Shown: in pieces, positions 10,956 to 23,262 of the stretch
Numbering within the stretch: position 1 is the stretch's first letter
Layout of the letters: the number at the start of each line of letters is the position of its first letter
DNA from: Octopus sinensis
Taxonomy: Eukaryota
DNA: 29,133 nucleotides
Assembly (NCBI RefSeq): GCF_006345805.1
Contig: NW_021833135.1
Span: 1 to 29,133 of the forward strand
Direction of reading: 5' to 3'
Translations under genes and position numbers: made by a program
Notes under the pieces: generated by a model
Told to the model about the DNA's origin: nothing
Database searches by the model: none
The model's input: the letters and a program-made list of their open reading frames with translations, nothing else

Positions 10956-11250
10956 TTTCATTCCCTTCTCAAGCCATACCTGGCTCATAAGGGCCGGTTT
11001 CCTTGGTGTATAGGTTCCCCGCCTGGACGGGACGCCGGTCCCTCGCAGGGGAGCTGCAAGATGCAGGAGGAAAGAGTGAGAGAAAGTTGTGGCGAAAGAG
11101 TCAGCAGAAGTTCGCCATTACCTTCTGCCGGTGCCGCGTGGAGCCTAGGTGTTTCGCTCATAAACACACACATCGCCCAGTCTGAGATTCGAATCCGCGA
11201 TCCCTCGACCGCGAGTCCACTGCTCTAACCACTAGGCCATGTGCCTCCAC
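10956..11250 (-). mobile_element. tRNA-derived SINE (third family, tail A)
   Basis: Minus-strand head GTGGAGGCACATGGCCTAGTGGTTAGAGCA...GGATTCGAATC; central domain shared with 15008-15392. Confidence 0.7.
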
Positions 11251-12213
11251 ATTTCATTGACTCCAGTACTCAACTGGTACTTATTTTATCGACTCCCAAA
11301 GAATGAAAAGCAAAGTCAACCACCGCGGAATTTGAACTCAGAACGTACAGACGGACAAAATGCCGACGTGCTAACCACTCGGCCAGCTTGCCGCCTTTCT
11401 GACCACAACCAACTGATTATTATTAGATTTGCGCTCTTTTATTCTAGTTTTAGTAGATTAAATTTTCTAATTAATCTCTTATATCTCAGTCTTACATTCA
11501 TCTCAGATAAAATTAGAATCAATCTGACTTGATACCAACTCCCACCAAGAAGATTTCGTCCTAAACCGAGAGAGGAGGAGGAGGAGGCGGAAGAGAGAGA
11601 GAGAGAGAGTGGGTGGGTGGGGGAAGAGCCGCACTAAATCAACTTTTTAAAAATTAATCTCTTGAGAACTTTGAGATAGAAAAACATAATATCTGAAACT
11701 CATCATATAGTAAAAAACAATGACCCTAATTAACTATATCCATTACATATCTCCTTAACTAATTATGTAAAGAGAAACATGACTCTTGAATAATATATGG
11801 AAACAGTGATTAATTCATAATTGGTAAGATAATAGGAGTTATTTATGTGTTATTAACCCCAATTGTAGAGGATATTATTTCGAAATTGGACAAATTATGA
11901 CGCATTTCATCACAGGGTTTATAAATATCTGGTTACTGTCATTAATTTTCTTTTTGTTTAAAATGGACGTTATTTGATATCACTTTCACACTTAAACAAA
12001 AAAAAAAAGTCTGTACACAACACACGCGCGCGCGCGCGCGCACACACGCACGCGCACACGCACACGCACGCGCACACGCACGAGTGTGCGCGTGCACAAG
12101 CTTTCACACATATTGTTAATAATCGATAAAATTTTCAAAGTGACTCAATAGCCAATATTTTCACGCATTGTCCCTGATTGGTGCCTTTGCATGAAACTTT
12201 CGGCCTTTGAGTC

Positions 12214-12280
<67 letters not shown>

Positions 12281-12282
12281 AA

Positions 12283-12610
12283 ATGGAGAAACTCTCAAAA
12301 TACAAAGACCTGGAAATAGAGGTAACTAGAATGTGGAACCTGAAAACAGAAACAATTCCTATCATAGTAGGTGCATTAGGCATGATAAAAAATATTCAGA
12401 CAAATACATAACAAAAACACCAGGACTTACAAACACATATAACATACAGAAAATTGCACTACTAGGCACTGCACACATCCTACGCAGAACACTTTCCATG
12501 CAATAACCATCAGAGCATCACAACAAATCACAGCACATACCCAAGGCACACAGAGCTGCGCTCGGTAGTGAAGTGAAAGCACGCTATAAAAATAAAACTA
12601 CTGAAGAATA
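12283..12610 (+). mobile_element. 5'-truncated 3' end of an R4/Dong-like non-LTR retrotransposon inside (AAT)n
   Basis: Translates EKLSKYKDLEIEVTRMWNLKTETIPIIVGALGMIK and, after a frameshift, NIQKIALLGTAHILRRTLSMQ*. This matches the C-terminus of restriction-like-endonuclease elements. A short 3' UTR and an (AAT)n tail follow. Confidence 0.75.
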
Positions 12611-12673
12611 ATAATAATAGTAATAATAATAATAATAATAATAAAAATAATAATAAAAATATTAATAATAATG

Positions 12674-12782
<109 letters not shown>

Positions 12783-12793
12783 TGATAATGATA

Positions 12794-13282
12794 AAATGCC
12801 CTGAGGCAGTACCTGGCAGTGGCCCTCATGGCTTCTGATCTTAACTGATTGGAAGTGTTATCATGTACATTGTTTTGTCTTGGAATACAAGATGGGCTAC
12901 AGCAAATATTCTGCTCAATACCACAGATTTGCTTGTCAGTTGTTTGACCTTAAACAGTTGACCATGTCCTTTAGTGGCTGACGATATGTGCATCTCTGAT
13001 CATGAGCAGAATTAGTGGGGGAGCATCATAGCCATTTGTTGAAAGGAATTCTTGGAGGTTTGGGTAATTCACATTGCTACTCGAGCTGAAGAAAATTCTA
13101 ACTGGGCCCAACCTGCAAAGTCATGCGCTGTTTGTCTTGATAGGAGATAACCATGTCGTGCACATATGGTTGTGATGCATGTGTCTGGTGTACTCTTAGA
13201 CTGGCAGTCATGATGGGTATACTGGGCTTCGTATATTTTACCCCAGTGTCCCTTTGAAGGCATGCACTGCTCTCTCACTCAA
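12794..13282 (+). repeat. ~0.5-kb non-coding interspersed element bounded by (AAT)n, copy A (strand arbitrary)
   Basis: Reverse-complement homolog of 23263-23750; lacks an internal ~75 bp present in copy B. Confidence 0.8.
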
Positions 13283-13439
13283 TAATAATAAATAATAATA
13301 ATGATAATAATAATAATATCTATCTATCTAAAGAATTTTTATTTTTAGATATAAGTGATGTACTCAAGTGTAGTTATGTTTTTAGCTTGTGCTTTTTCCA
13401 TGATCATACGTGAGTATTTTATTTATATCCCATCGAAAG

Positions 13440-13500
13440 CTCTACTGAAGAAAGAATATATCTTTTATAAGATTAATTCCGAAATTGATTCAATATAGAG
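13440..13500 (+). ncRNA. Near-intact type I hammerhead ribozyme
   Basis: CTCTA-CTGAAGA-AA GAAT..ATCTT(TTAT)AAGAT..ATTC C-GAAA-TTGA T TCAA-TA-TAGAG. Stem I 5 bp, palindromic stem III, AUA triplet. The base of stem II is an A-C mismatch. Confidence 0.65.
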
Positions 13501-13731
13501 ATAACGAAATTTAAATTTTCTAAAGGTTAGTTGCCCGTTTTCAGTTTCAATTCTCCTGTAGCAAGCGGATTATAAGTGGATTAATCAGTGTATTGGCTTT
13601 AGAATAACCCTCTTTAGCCCTTAATTATATGATGTTTATACTTCAACCGTAACGGTTTTTTTAATATACTGCCCACGTTTCCTGATGGATTCCTTTTCTG
13701 TAGAGAAAGGGACTTCATCCTATATTGTTAG

Positions 13732-13801
<70 letters not shown>

Positions 13802-13802
13802 A

Positions 13803-13994
13803 TAAAGTTAATCCAAACAAGAAAACAAAAGGACAACAACGCAAGGATGTGGAACAAATAAAGTATTATTGGACGCTCAGGAAAGAAGGGAAGAAGGAGG
13901 GTTTGACGCTTCGAGCGGGGCTCTTCGTCGGAACATAGGAGAAAGAAAGATCCCGAGACGGGAGGACAGAGAAAAAAATTGCAGGTAGTATTCA

Positions 13995-13997
<3 letters not shown>
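13803..13997 (-). mobile_element. Short (TA)n-flanked repeat with a degenerate hammerhead motif
   Basis: At ~13901-13936 the minus strand reads CCGACGA-A-GAGC(CCC)GCTC-GAAG-CG-TC-AAAC. Same layout as the CUGUNGA family, with two core mutations. Confidence 0.45.
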
Positions 13998-14031
<34 letters not shown>

Positions 14032-15007
14032 TAAAGGAGATGTACTTGCATAGCAAGTGATTTGATTTGAGATCGTGTGCTGGAACGAAAACAGTTGCAG
14101 CGTTGAAGGTGTTTATAAGCCATTTAAGAAACACACAAAAACCGTTAGATTCACTTCAACATTTAAATTTAATTTGTCAAAATATTTTCGTCGCTTTGAG
14201 ACTGCGACCTGTTCACTGACAAAATTCAGTGCTGCATCACTGCAAAATTCCGAGATGCAAACTTCTGATATGTCTAGGAATTGACTCGAACAAGTTCTGA
14301 GCAGTTTTAAGGGAAATTCTGAGTTGTTCATCATGTAAAAAAAATTTTTTTAAATACTTGCTTTAGTTCATTCAGCAACAGAGGGAAACGTATATTCTCT
14401 GCTGCTCCGAAATGCACAAGAAATGTTCGATTATACTTAGATTCTGTGATTGTGTGTGTGTATGGGGTGGGGGGAGGGTTCGAACAACCCAAGTGGTCTA
14501 CTTCACTTTTGTGATCTTTGTACGAATTTTGAATAATATTTGCCAGGTGAATCGGTGTGTCATCATCCAAGAGGACCGTGCTACTATCACGGAATAAGGT
14601 CCGTACTATAGGATACTCATCATTAACCAAAATACTCAGCTAAACCTCGGTGTTAGCTCTGCCATATAGAACAACTAAATGATCAAGAGAATTCCATGAC
14701 ATCTCTGCCCAAATCATCACAGAGTCACATCCATTCTTCACGACCCAGGTCAAGTAGTCAGTGTTGTAGACTTCTTAGGGTTGCCCTCCAGGCATGAACA
14801 CACACCTATGTGGAATAAAAAAAACTCATCAGAGAAGATGACATTGTTCGATTGAGCAAATGTTTACTTCCAATAGTCTGGACAGCATTTCCTCCGCTTA
14901 TCAGTGTTGGCTATCCTGGCCAAGGGCTTAAATCTACGGTCACTAACAACATGGTGTATAAAAGCCGAGCGAGACAGGGTTTATTTAACATGAAGTAAAA
15001 TCACCTT

Positions 15008-15392
15008 GTGGATGCGCAATGGCCCAGTGGTTAGGGCAGCTGACTCGCAGTCGTAGGTTCGCGGTTTCGATTCCCAGACCGGGCGTTGTAAGTGTTTTTT
15101 GAACGAAAACACCAAAAGCTCCACGAGGCTCCGGCAGGGGATGGTGGTGATCCCTGCTGTACTCTTTCACCACAACTTTCTCTCACTCTTACTTCCTGTT
15201 TCTGTTGTACCTGTATTTCAAAGTGCCGGCCTTGTCACTCTCTGTGTCACGCTGAATATCCCCGAGAACCACGTTAAGGGTACACGTGCCTGTGGAGTGC
15301 TCAGCCACTTGCACGTTAATTTCACGAGCAGGCTGTTCCGTTGATTCGGATCAACCGGAACCCTCGTCGTCGTAACCGACGGAGTGCTTCCA
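15008..15392 (+). mobile_element. tRNA-derived SINE (third family, tail B)
   Basis: Head TGGCCCAGTGGTTAGGGCAGCTGACTCGC...GGTTTCGATTCC, then CTCCACGAGGCTCCGGCAG...CACAACTTTCTCTCACTCTT, shared with 10956-11250. Confidence 0.7.
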
Positions 15393-15689
15393 AAATCACC
15401 TTATAAGGCACTTCTGCACCGAGGGATGTAACATAACAAGTTGTACAGTATCCCACCCGTGAGAGATCGATACATAATGGGTCGAAACGATCGTTATGAG
15501 CAATAAAATTTCTCGTATATTTCATTTTCCATCTGCCTCATTTGTTATCTACTTAACGAACACTGAAGAATTCCTGGGGTAGATCCAGTGACAGTTGTGT
15601 AAATACCGTGGTTGAAGTCAGGTAGCCATAAGCAGTGAACGTGCTTCAGCGGCTAATAGGTACATGCCCAATGCTTGAATAATTACTTA

Positions 15690-15945
15690 TGCACGTATGT
15701 ATGTATGTATGTATGTATGTATGTATGTATGTATGTATGTATGTATGTATGTATGTATGTATGTATGTATGTATGTATGTATGTATGTATGTATGTATGT
15801 ATGTATGTATTTATGTGTGTATGCATGTATGTATGTATGTATGTATGTATGTAATGTATGTATGTATGCATGCATGCATGCATGTATGTATGTATGTATG
15901 CATGCATGCATGCATGCATGTATGCATGTATGTATGTATGTATAT
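15690..15945. repeat. (TATG)n/(CATG)n microsatellite
   Basis: Direct reading. Confidence 0.95.
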
Positions 15946-16035
15946 AGGGAGAGTTTACAAAAGAAGCAAAAGACGAAGACAGGTGGTGTACAAAACAAAC
16001 AGATGTATTAGTATAACACTTAGGAATAGAAACAG

Positions 16036-16073
16036 TCTTTTACGTTTCGAGCCTACGCTCTTCTACAGAAAGG
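16036..16073 (-). ncRNA. Hammerhead-like motif with variant CUGUNGA core
   Basis: Minus strand reads CCTTT-CTGTAGA-A-GAGC(GTAG)GCTC-GAAA-CG-TA-AAAGA. Lies in a short repeat (~15945-16110) homologous to 2190-2350. Confidence 0.5.
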
Positions 16074-16130
16074 GACACAGAAAAAACAAGGAGATAAAAA
16101 AAATGTGTGTAGTGGCTATGTATGTGTGTA

Positions 16131-16161
<31 letters not shown>

Positions 16162-16243
16162 TGTGTGTGTGTGTGTGTGTGTGCATGTAAGTAAGCAGTT
16201 CTGATATTTTTAATATTTTATCTTCAATTTATGTATTTTACAG

Positions 16244-16389
16244 CTAATTCCGAAACTAATTCGTCGTACATGGTGAATGCACAAAAACTTATAACAGAAC
16301 TCCTTAAGGGTTACGATCGTCGTGTCGTACCTGTTACGGATGGACCGGTTCTTGTTTCGTTAAACCTTGATGTGGCGAATTTTGAATTG
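16244..16389 (+). CDS. Coding exon 2 of the nAChR-like subunit (alpha1 helix and beta1)
   Basis: ttttacag acceptor (16242-16243) and GTAAGC donor (16390). Translates [49 protein letters not shown], matching the N-terminal helix/Y..xPV/beta1 pattern of pentameric ligand-gated channels. N-S-S sequon. 146 nt, ends in phase 0. Confidence 0.9.
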
Positions 16390-16408
16390 GTAAGCACTCT
16401 TTTCCGCC

Positions 16409-16800
<392 letters not shown>

Positions 16801-16849
16801 TTATTTGTATGTGTATGCGTGTGTGTGTGTGTGTTTGTGTATTGTGTTA

Positions 16850-17022
16850 TATAGGTGCAGCCGAGGTTGTATATTAACAATTTTGGTTCCCAACCAAATG
16901 GTTCCAGATTCAATTCTATTGCATGGCACCTTGGGCAAATGTCTTCTACTGTAGCTTCGGACCGATGAAAGTGTTGCGAGTGGGTTTGGTTGATGGAAAC
17001 TGGAAGAAGCTCGTCGTATCGA
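16850..17022 (+). mobile_element. 5' half of the CORE-type SINE
   Basis: CCAACCAAATGGTTCCAGATTCA...GGCACCTTGGGCAAATGTCTTCTACTGTAGC...GATGGAAACTG. Confidence 0.65.
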
Positions 17023-17320
17023 ACCGTAAAAGAGGTAATGGATGGCTAATGTGTGTGTGCGCGCATACACACACACTGTCACAAGCACACACACACACAG
17101 AAGCAGTCACACATGCGTACAAACATAATCACACACACGTTCCCGCGCACGCATACACACGCGCGCAAATTCTTCGTTTACGGTCAGCCTTAACTTCTCT
17201 TCTAAGCAAACACACATCTACATGCACATAATAGGTTAAAGGGTGAAGCGACCCTTCGGCCATTAACGACCATGGAATTGCACCCAGGCAAGTCCAGGCA
17301 AGGTTGTTTATGGAAGACTA

Positions 17321-17855
17321 GCAGTCGCCAATGCATACCTATTTCTTTATTACTCACAAGGGGCTAAACACAGAGGGGACAAACAAGGACAGACATAGGT
17401 ATTAAGTCGATTACATCGACCCCAGTGCGTAACTGGTACTTAATTTATCGACCCCGAAAGGATGAAAGGCAAAGTCGACCTCGGCGGAATTTGCAGTCAC
17501 CAATGCATACCTATTTCTTTATTGCCCACAAGGGGCTAAACACAGAGGGAACAAACAAGGACAGACATAGGTATTAAGTCGATTACATCGACCCCAGTGC
17601 GTAACTGTTACTTAATTTATCGACCCCGAAAGGATGAAAGGCAAAGTCGACCTCGGCGGAATTTGCAGTCACCAATGCATACCTATTTCTTTATTGCCCA
17701 CAAGGGGCTAAACACAGAGGGGACAAACAAGGACAGACATAGGTATTAAGTCGATTACATCGACCCCAGTGCGTAACTGGTACTTAATTTATCGACCCCG
17801 AAAGGATGAAAGGCAAAGTCGACCTCGGCGGAATTTGCAGTCGCCAATGCATACC
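17321..17855 (-). mobile_element. Three tandem 172-bp SINE-body units separated by a 19-bp direct repeat
   Basis: GCAGTC(G/A)CCAATGCATACC at 17321, 17493, 17665 and 17837. The intervening units are the reverse complement of the 5902/19961 SINE body. Confidence 0.8.
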
Positions 17856-18089
17856 AGCTTCCGATGTTGCGGAAAGGCAAAGGGGCCGACACAGCTGTGC
17901 ACCAATGATTTCATAACTCATTTCTACGGCTGAGTGAACTGAAGCAACGGGAAAAACTGAACGGAAGACCAAAAGATCGTGTCCCATGGCAAAAAGAGAA
18001 GAAATTGTAAATGGTAAGAGAATGAGTGGATAACAAAGATAGAGGAAGTGGAAGAAAGAAAGGAATGGAGTAAAAGGGAGTAAAAACAA

Positions 18090-18130
<41 letters not shown>

Positions 18131-18208
18131 AGATAAATGGAGAAACAAAAAGGTCGATAATAAAGAAAGACAGAGCATGCACGAGAAAAAAAATCGAGCG
18201 AAATAGCA

Positions 18209-18283
<75 letters not shown>

Positions 18284-18318
18284 GATAGATAGATAGAGAT
18301 AGAGATAGATAGATAGAG

Positions 18319-18365
<47 letters not shown>

Positions 18366-18604
18366 CAGACAGCTAGATAGACAGATAAATAGATAGATAG
18401 ATAGATAGATAGATAGAGATAGAGATAGATAGATAGATAGATAGATAAATAGAGAGACAGAGAGACAGAGAAAGCGAGAGAGAGACAGAGAGACAGAGAG
18501 ACAGAGAAAGAGACAGAGAGAGAGAAAGAGAGAGAGACAGAGAAAGAGAGACAGAGAGAAAGATAGATAGATAGAAAGATAGATAGATACAGAGAGAGAG
18601 AGAG

Positions 18605-18635
<31 letters not shown>

Positions 18636-18907
18636 AAGAGAGAGAAACAGAGAGACAGAGAGAGAGTGACAGAGAGAGAAACAGAGAAAGAGAAAGAGCG
18701 AGAGAGACAGAGAAAGAGAGACAGAGAGAGACAGAGAGAGAGACAGAGACAGAGAGAGAGAAAGAAGCGAGAGAGACAGAGAGAAAGAGAGATAGATAGA
18801 TAGATAGAGAGAGAGAGACAGAGACAGAGAAAGAGAGAGAGACAGAGAGACAGAGAGAGAGAGACAGAGAGAGAGAAAGAGAGAGAGACAGAGAAAGAGA
18901 GACAGAG

Positions 18908-18980
<73 letters not shown>
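18090..18980. repeat. Purine-rich (AGAT)n/(AG)n/(AGAC)n compound microsatellite
   Basis: Direct reading. Confidence 0.95.
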
Positions 18981-18983
<3 letters not shown>

Positions 18984-19364
18984 AGCTGGGGGAATTAAGT
19001 TGCACAGAAACGAAGAAATGAAAGAGCAAAGCAGTAATTGGAGTCGATTTGCGCGATAGGTTACAATTTCATGTCGTATGTGCAACTGAATGGAATCTTA
19101 AGCGCACCTCCATCAAAAAACTTTCTATAGTTATGTATGGGGGAAAGTGTTTGTCGAATTACTTCAGGAAGGCTTTACCTCTGCTGGATTTGACATTTAT
19201 AGAGAAAGAGTAATTGAAAATGCTTTATTTACAATAATATTCGTTGTTAAATTAGGCGGCGATAATATGGCAGAATCGCTAGCACGCCGGACAAAATGAT
19301 TAGCGGCGTTTCGTCCGTCTTCCCTTGCTTTCGCTAGCACACCACTTCCACCTTCACATACAGA

Positions 19365-19409
<45 letters not shown>

Positions 19410-19741
19410 CTGTGTGTGTGTGTGTGTGGAAACATGCACCTTACGTTTCTATTAGCTAGAATTCTGGTTATCATCTTTACAGCGTATAATCACACCACAC
19501 ATACGCGCGCGCACACACACACACACACACATCTCTACATGTATGTGTAACACAAATATAAGTGGTTCAACTCTTATTTCTAGCAATATATGTGCTTGTT
19601 ACTCATAGTCACAATTAGTGATGACTAAATTTTGCCTGTACGGTTTGTATTACACCTTGCTGCCCAACGTTGATTTTCTGCTATATGTATGTATATAGTT
19701 TCCAGGTATTCTTTACTTTTTCGTTTCTTTCTTTAAATCAG

Positions 19742-19893
19742 GATGAATACGGAGGGAAGTTTAAAGTCCAGGGAATGCTAGTGAAATCTTGGGTCGATTC
19801 CAGATTAGATTGGGACCGCAAGAAATACAATATAAAGGTACTCTGTCTGCCGATGAAAGATGTTTGGCGTCCTGATATTACTCTTTACAATTA
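19742..19893 (+). CDS. Coding exon 3 of the nAChR-like subunit (loop D to loop A)
   Basis: Pyrimidine tract plus CAG acceptor (19739-19741) and GTAAGT donor (19894). Translates DEYGGKFKVQGMLVKSWVDSRLDWDRKKYNIKVLCLPMKDVWRPDITLYN, with the W.D..L.W and WxPD..LYN signatures. 152 nt, ends in phase 2. Confidence 0.95.
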
Positions 19894-19960
19894 GTAAGTT
19901 AACATTCAGCTTTTGTTATAATTTCCCACCGAGTATTAACATTTCCTTTACAATGTATAA

Positions 19961-20735
19961 GGCGGTGAGCTGGCAGAAACGTTAGCACGCCGGGCGAAAT
20001 GCTTAGCGGTATTTTGTCTGCAGTTACGTTCTGAGTTCAAATTCCGCCGAAGTCGACTTTGCCTTTCATCCTTTCGGGGTCGATAAATTAAGTATCAGTT
20101 ACGCACTGGGGTCGATTATAATCGACTTAATCCGTTTGTCTGTCCTTGTTTGTCCCCTCTGTGTTTAGACCCTTGTGGGTAATAAAGAAATAGGTATTTT
20201 GTCTGCAGTTACGTTCTGAGTTCAAATTCCGCCGAAGTCGACTCTGCCTTTCATCCTTTCGGGGTCGATAAATTAAGTATCAGTTACGCACTGGGGTCGA
20301 TGTAATCGACTTAATACCTATGTCTGTCCTTGTTTGTCCCATCTATGTTTAGCCCCTTGTGGGTAATAAAGAAATAGGTATTTTGTCTGCAGTTACGTTC
20401 TGAGTTCAAATTCCGCCGAAGTCGACTTTGCCTTTCATCTTTTCGGGGTCGATAAATAAAGTACCAGTTACGCACTGGGGTAGATGTAATCGACTTAATC
20501 CGTTTGTCTGTCCTTGTTTGTCCTCTCTGTGTTTAGCCCCTTGTGGGTAGTAAAGAAATAGGTATTTCGTCTGCCGCTACGTCCTGAGATCAAGTTCTAT
20601 CGAGGTCGACTTTGCTTTTCATCCTTTCGGAGTCGATAAATTAAGCACCAGCTGTGCACTGGGTTCGATCTAACCGACTGGTCCTCTCCCAAAAACTTTC
20701 AGCCCTTGTGCTTATTGTAGAAAGGATTATTATTA
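19961..20735 (+). mobile_element. Same SINE family with four tandem ~184-bp internal units
   Basis: Units start at 20009, 20194, 20378 and 20562, behind a single tRNA-like head. Confidence 0.8.
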
Positions 20736-21089
20736 CCTCCGCCTTAGCGAAAGCGTAGGTAATGTTTTCAGTCGTGTTTGTTTATCCGTGGACAAGATAT
20801 CTCAAGGACCACTGGATGGATCCGGACGAAACTTTCAGGGATGTTTGGTCTCGTGACTGGCACAAAATGATTAGATTTTGAGATCGATCCGGCGCCGGGC
20901 AAGGATTCTGGATAATTTTTCCTGTTTCTTTTTTTTTACTTAATTTTTAAGAGCGGTCGGGTTCATTTTTAGTATTCTCGTTTGTGAGAGCAGTCGAGTT
21001 TATTTCAGATATTCTTATTTTAAAAATCATCTCCAGGTAATCGTTGAGAAGATGTTGGTGCTGCCTTGGTGGTTTGTTTTCTCAGTGCT

Positions 21090-21099
21090 CTTATTATTA

Positions 21100-21140
<41 letters not shown>

Positions 21141-21144
21141 CATC

Positions 21145-21176
<32 letters not shown>

Positions 21177-21229
21177 TATCATCATCATCATCATCATCAT
21201 TATTATTATTATTATTACTATTATTATTA

Positions 21230-21268
<39 letters not shown>

Positions 21269-21313
21269 TGTTGTTGTTGTTGTTGTTATTATCATTATTA
21301 TTAATATTATATT

Positions 21314-21344
<31 letters not shown>

Positions 21345-21508
21345 TTATAATTATTGTTATTATTATTGTTGTTATTATTATTGTTGTTATTATTATTATT
21401 ATTATTATATTATTATTATTATTGTTATTATTATTGTTGTTGTTATTGTTGTTGTTCTTGTTATTATTATAATTATTATTATTATTATTATTATTGTTGT
21501 TATTATTG

Positions 21509-21549
<41 letters not shown>

Positions 21550-21632
21550 GTTGTTATTATTATTGTTGTTATTATTATTGTTGTTATTATTGTTATTATT
21601 ATTTATTATTATTATTTTTTTTTTTTTTTTTT
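21090..21632. repeat. (ATT)n/(ATC)n/(GTT)n compound microsatellite ending in poly(T)
   Basis: Direct reading. Confidence 0.95.
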
Positions 21633-22685
21633 GCGCGTCTCTCTTGTACGTACTAACTCTCGAACCACTACTACACTAACTGGAGGCGTTGAGAGACATA
21701 CCGCGTGATCTAAGGTTTGAGAGATGCGTGTCGGATCATACACCGTAGTGGTGTCGGATCATAAACATAAAATATACACAAAAATGATCGATACCGCTTT
21801 CAGAGACTATGAGGCGGTTTCAGGAGCGACAGTTAACCAGGAAAAATCAGTAGGTTTGTATCTCAGCACCTAGAGAAGCAAGTCCATGCCGTCCAACTGC
21901 GTCGTTGGCGCTGGACGGATGAACCGGTTAAATATTGTTCGGGGTTCAGTTGAGTCCACACCTCCAGATGGACGAAAACTGGGACGAGGTATCAAGCAGG
22001 GTGACTACCCTCACCCAGAAATGGACCGAGAGAAAGCTATCTCTGAATAGTCGAGTAGAGGTGGATAACGCGTATATCGCGTCCGTCACCTACTATCGTT
22101 TGACCGTCGTGCCTTGTCCTGGCCACCGTCTGATTACATTGGAGCGTATAATCTTCCGCTTCTTATGGAAGGGACATGTTCCGATGGTCAGGTGGTCTGT
22201 CTACTGTCAACACCCGCTGCGTGGTGGCCTAGGCATGCCGTGGTTGATGATGTGCAGACATGCGCTGAGGCTAGGACATCTCCAGCGTTTCCTTGATGGT
22301 GAACAGGTGTGGTCACCGTTCACCAAACACGTATTTCCGCAACTAGTTTCTTTAACGGTTTTCAGTCCTGGGTAAAACAGAGACCTAGGAGGGGCATTTG
22401 GAAAGTGAAATGTCATCAAACGCTCACAGCCCTCAGCCAATTGGACAGTACGATAGGTGGAATGTCCACTTTAACCTTTTATAGAGGATTAGAGGTGGAA
22501 AAAGCGACGACATTCTTGAAGAGACCTTAGGCCTCGAAGAAGATCAGCTAGTCGCTCTTTTCCGGAGAACTTTCGGCGAACCATCATGAAGATCGCCCCA
22601 CCGCCTTCCTTTAACCGGGAAGGAAAGGCTACCTGATGACCATGGCGAAAAAGGTTGTATGGTGGACGAGATTAAAGGGGCTGAA
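21633..22685 (+). mobile_element. Decayed Tx1/L1-clade LINE, RT C-terminal fragment
   Basis: Broken frames give SLLYVLTLEPLL, TVNQEKSVG, IFRFLWKG...PLRGGLGMP and AKKVVWWTRLKG, with stops and frameshifts. Confidence 0.75.
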
Positions 22686-22689
22686 AACA

Positions 22690-23097
22690 AACACTTTTCT
22701 CTTTGGCCAATTCCTGATCAACGGAGTATTTTTGTTTTCTTTTTGCTGCTCAGTAGCGTTGATTGTCTACTGATTTCATTAAGAATCGACAGATCTTTTC
22801 TTATTTTTTGTATTTTGTTTTGGATGTTATTTATCCACAGGGTTTATTTGGCTGGTGGTACTCTTGTTTGGACGGGTTTGAGTGAGTATCCAGCTTCTTT
22901 TGTGGCTGCAGTGGCTGCTGCGTATACTAAGTTATTTAGCTCAGTGATATCGCTTTTTGTTTCAGTGGCTATTAGTTCCGTGACGGCTAGGTTAATGCTG
23001 TTTATAATTGGTGTTGTTTCGTCTATTTTGATTTTTGGGAGGTATGGTAGGTGGTCCATTTTGAGCTTTGTGGTTTTCAGTTCTTTGATTATTCTAC

Positions 23098-23100
<3 letters not shown>
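22690..23100 (-). mobile_element. Decayed N-terminal ORF fragment, probably R4/Dong-like
   Basis: Translates ITELNNLVYAAATA...RVPPAK*TLWINNIQNKIQKIRKDLSIL and abuts (AAT)n. The clade assignment is from recalled motif similarity only. Confidence 0.5.
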
Positions 23101-23176
<76 letters not shown>

Positions 23177-23262
23177 CATGATCATCATCATCATCATCAT
23201 CATCATTATCATTATTATCATTATTATCATTATTATCATTATTATTATTATTATCATTATTA

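Noticed and set aside
12022-12095. (CG)n/(CA)n alternating tract as a Z-DNA element
   Set aside because: Z-forming potential is plausible, but such tracts are common in this genome type and nothing links this one to function.
12168-12215. CTGATTG-GTGC(CTTT)GCAT-GAAAC hammerhead-like run
   Set aside because: G8/A9 and U16.1 are mutated and there is no stem I.
12969-12990. Isolated CTGANGA heptamers (also 9783, 12601, 13086, 14826, 15564)
   Set aside because: None has a correctly placed GAAA or formable stems.
15008-15085. tRNA gene candidates (also 5902, 11180-11250, 19961, 24940-25005)
   Set aside because: They have box A/B but continue into shared SINE bodies and lack a convincing acceptor stem; these are SINE heads.
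15455-15500. Hammerhead-like GAAACGATCGTT
   Set aside because: There is no intact CUGANGA and stem I cannot form; at most a decayed relic.
16231-16243. ATG at 16231 as the receptor start codon
   Set aside because: It lies within the acceptor tract and gives no signal peptide; exon 1 at 7403 fits the phase and supplies one.
17321-17855. CRISPR-like repeat-spacer pattern
   Set aside because: The spacers are near-identical 153-bp SINE bodies, the context is eukaryotic, and there are no cas genes.
17784-19085. 433-aa Leu/Ser ORF, the longest in the track
   Set aside because: It is the reverse strand of an (AG)n/(AGAT)n tract that lacks stop codons by composition.
21044-21708. Poly-Ile/Tyr/Leu ORFs resembling membrane proteins (also 23051-24349)
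   Set aside because: Trinucleotide microsatellite artefacts.
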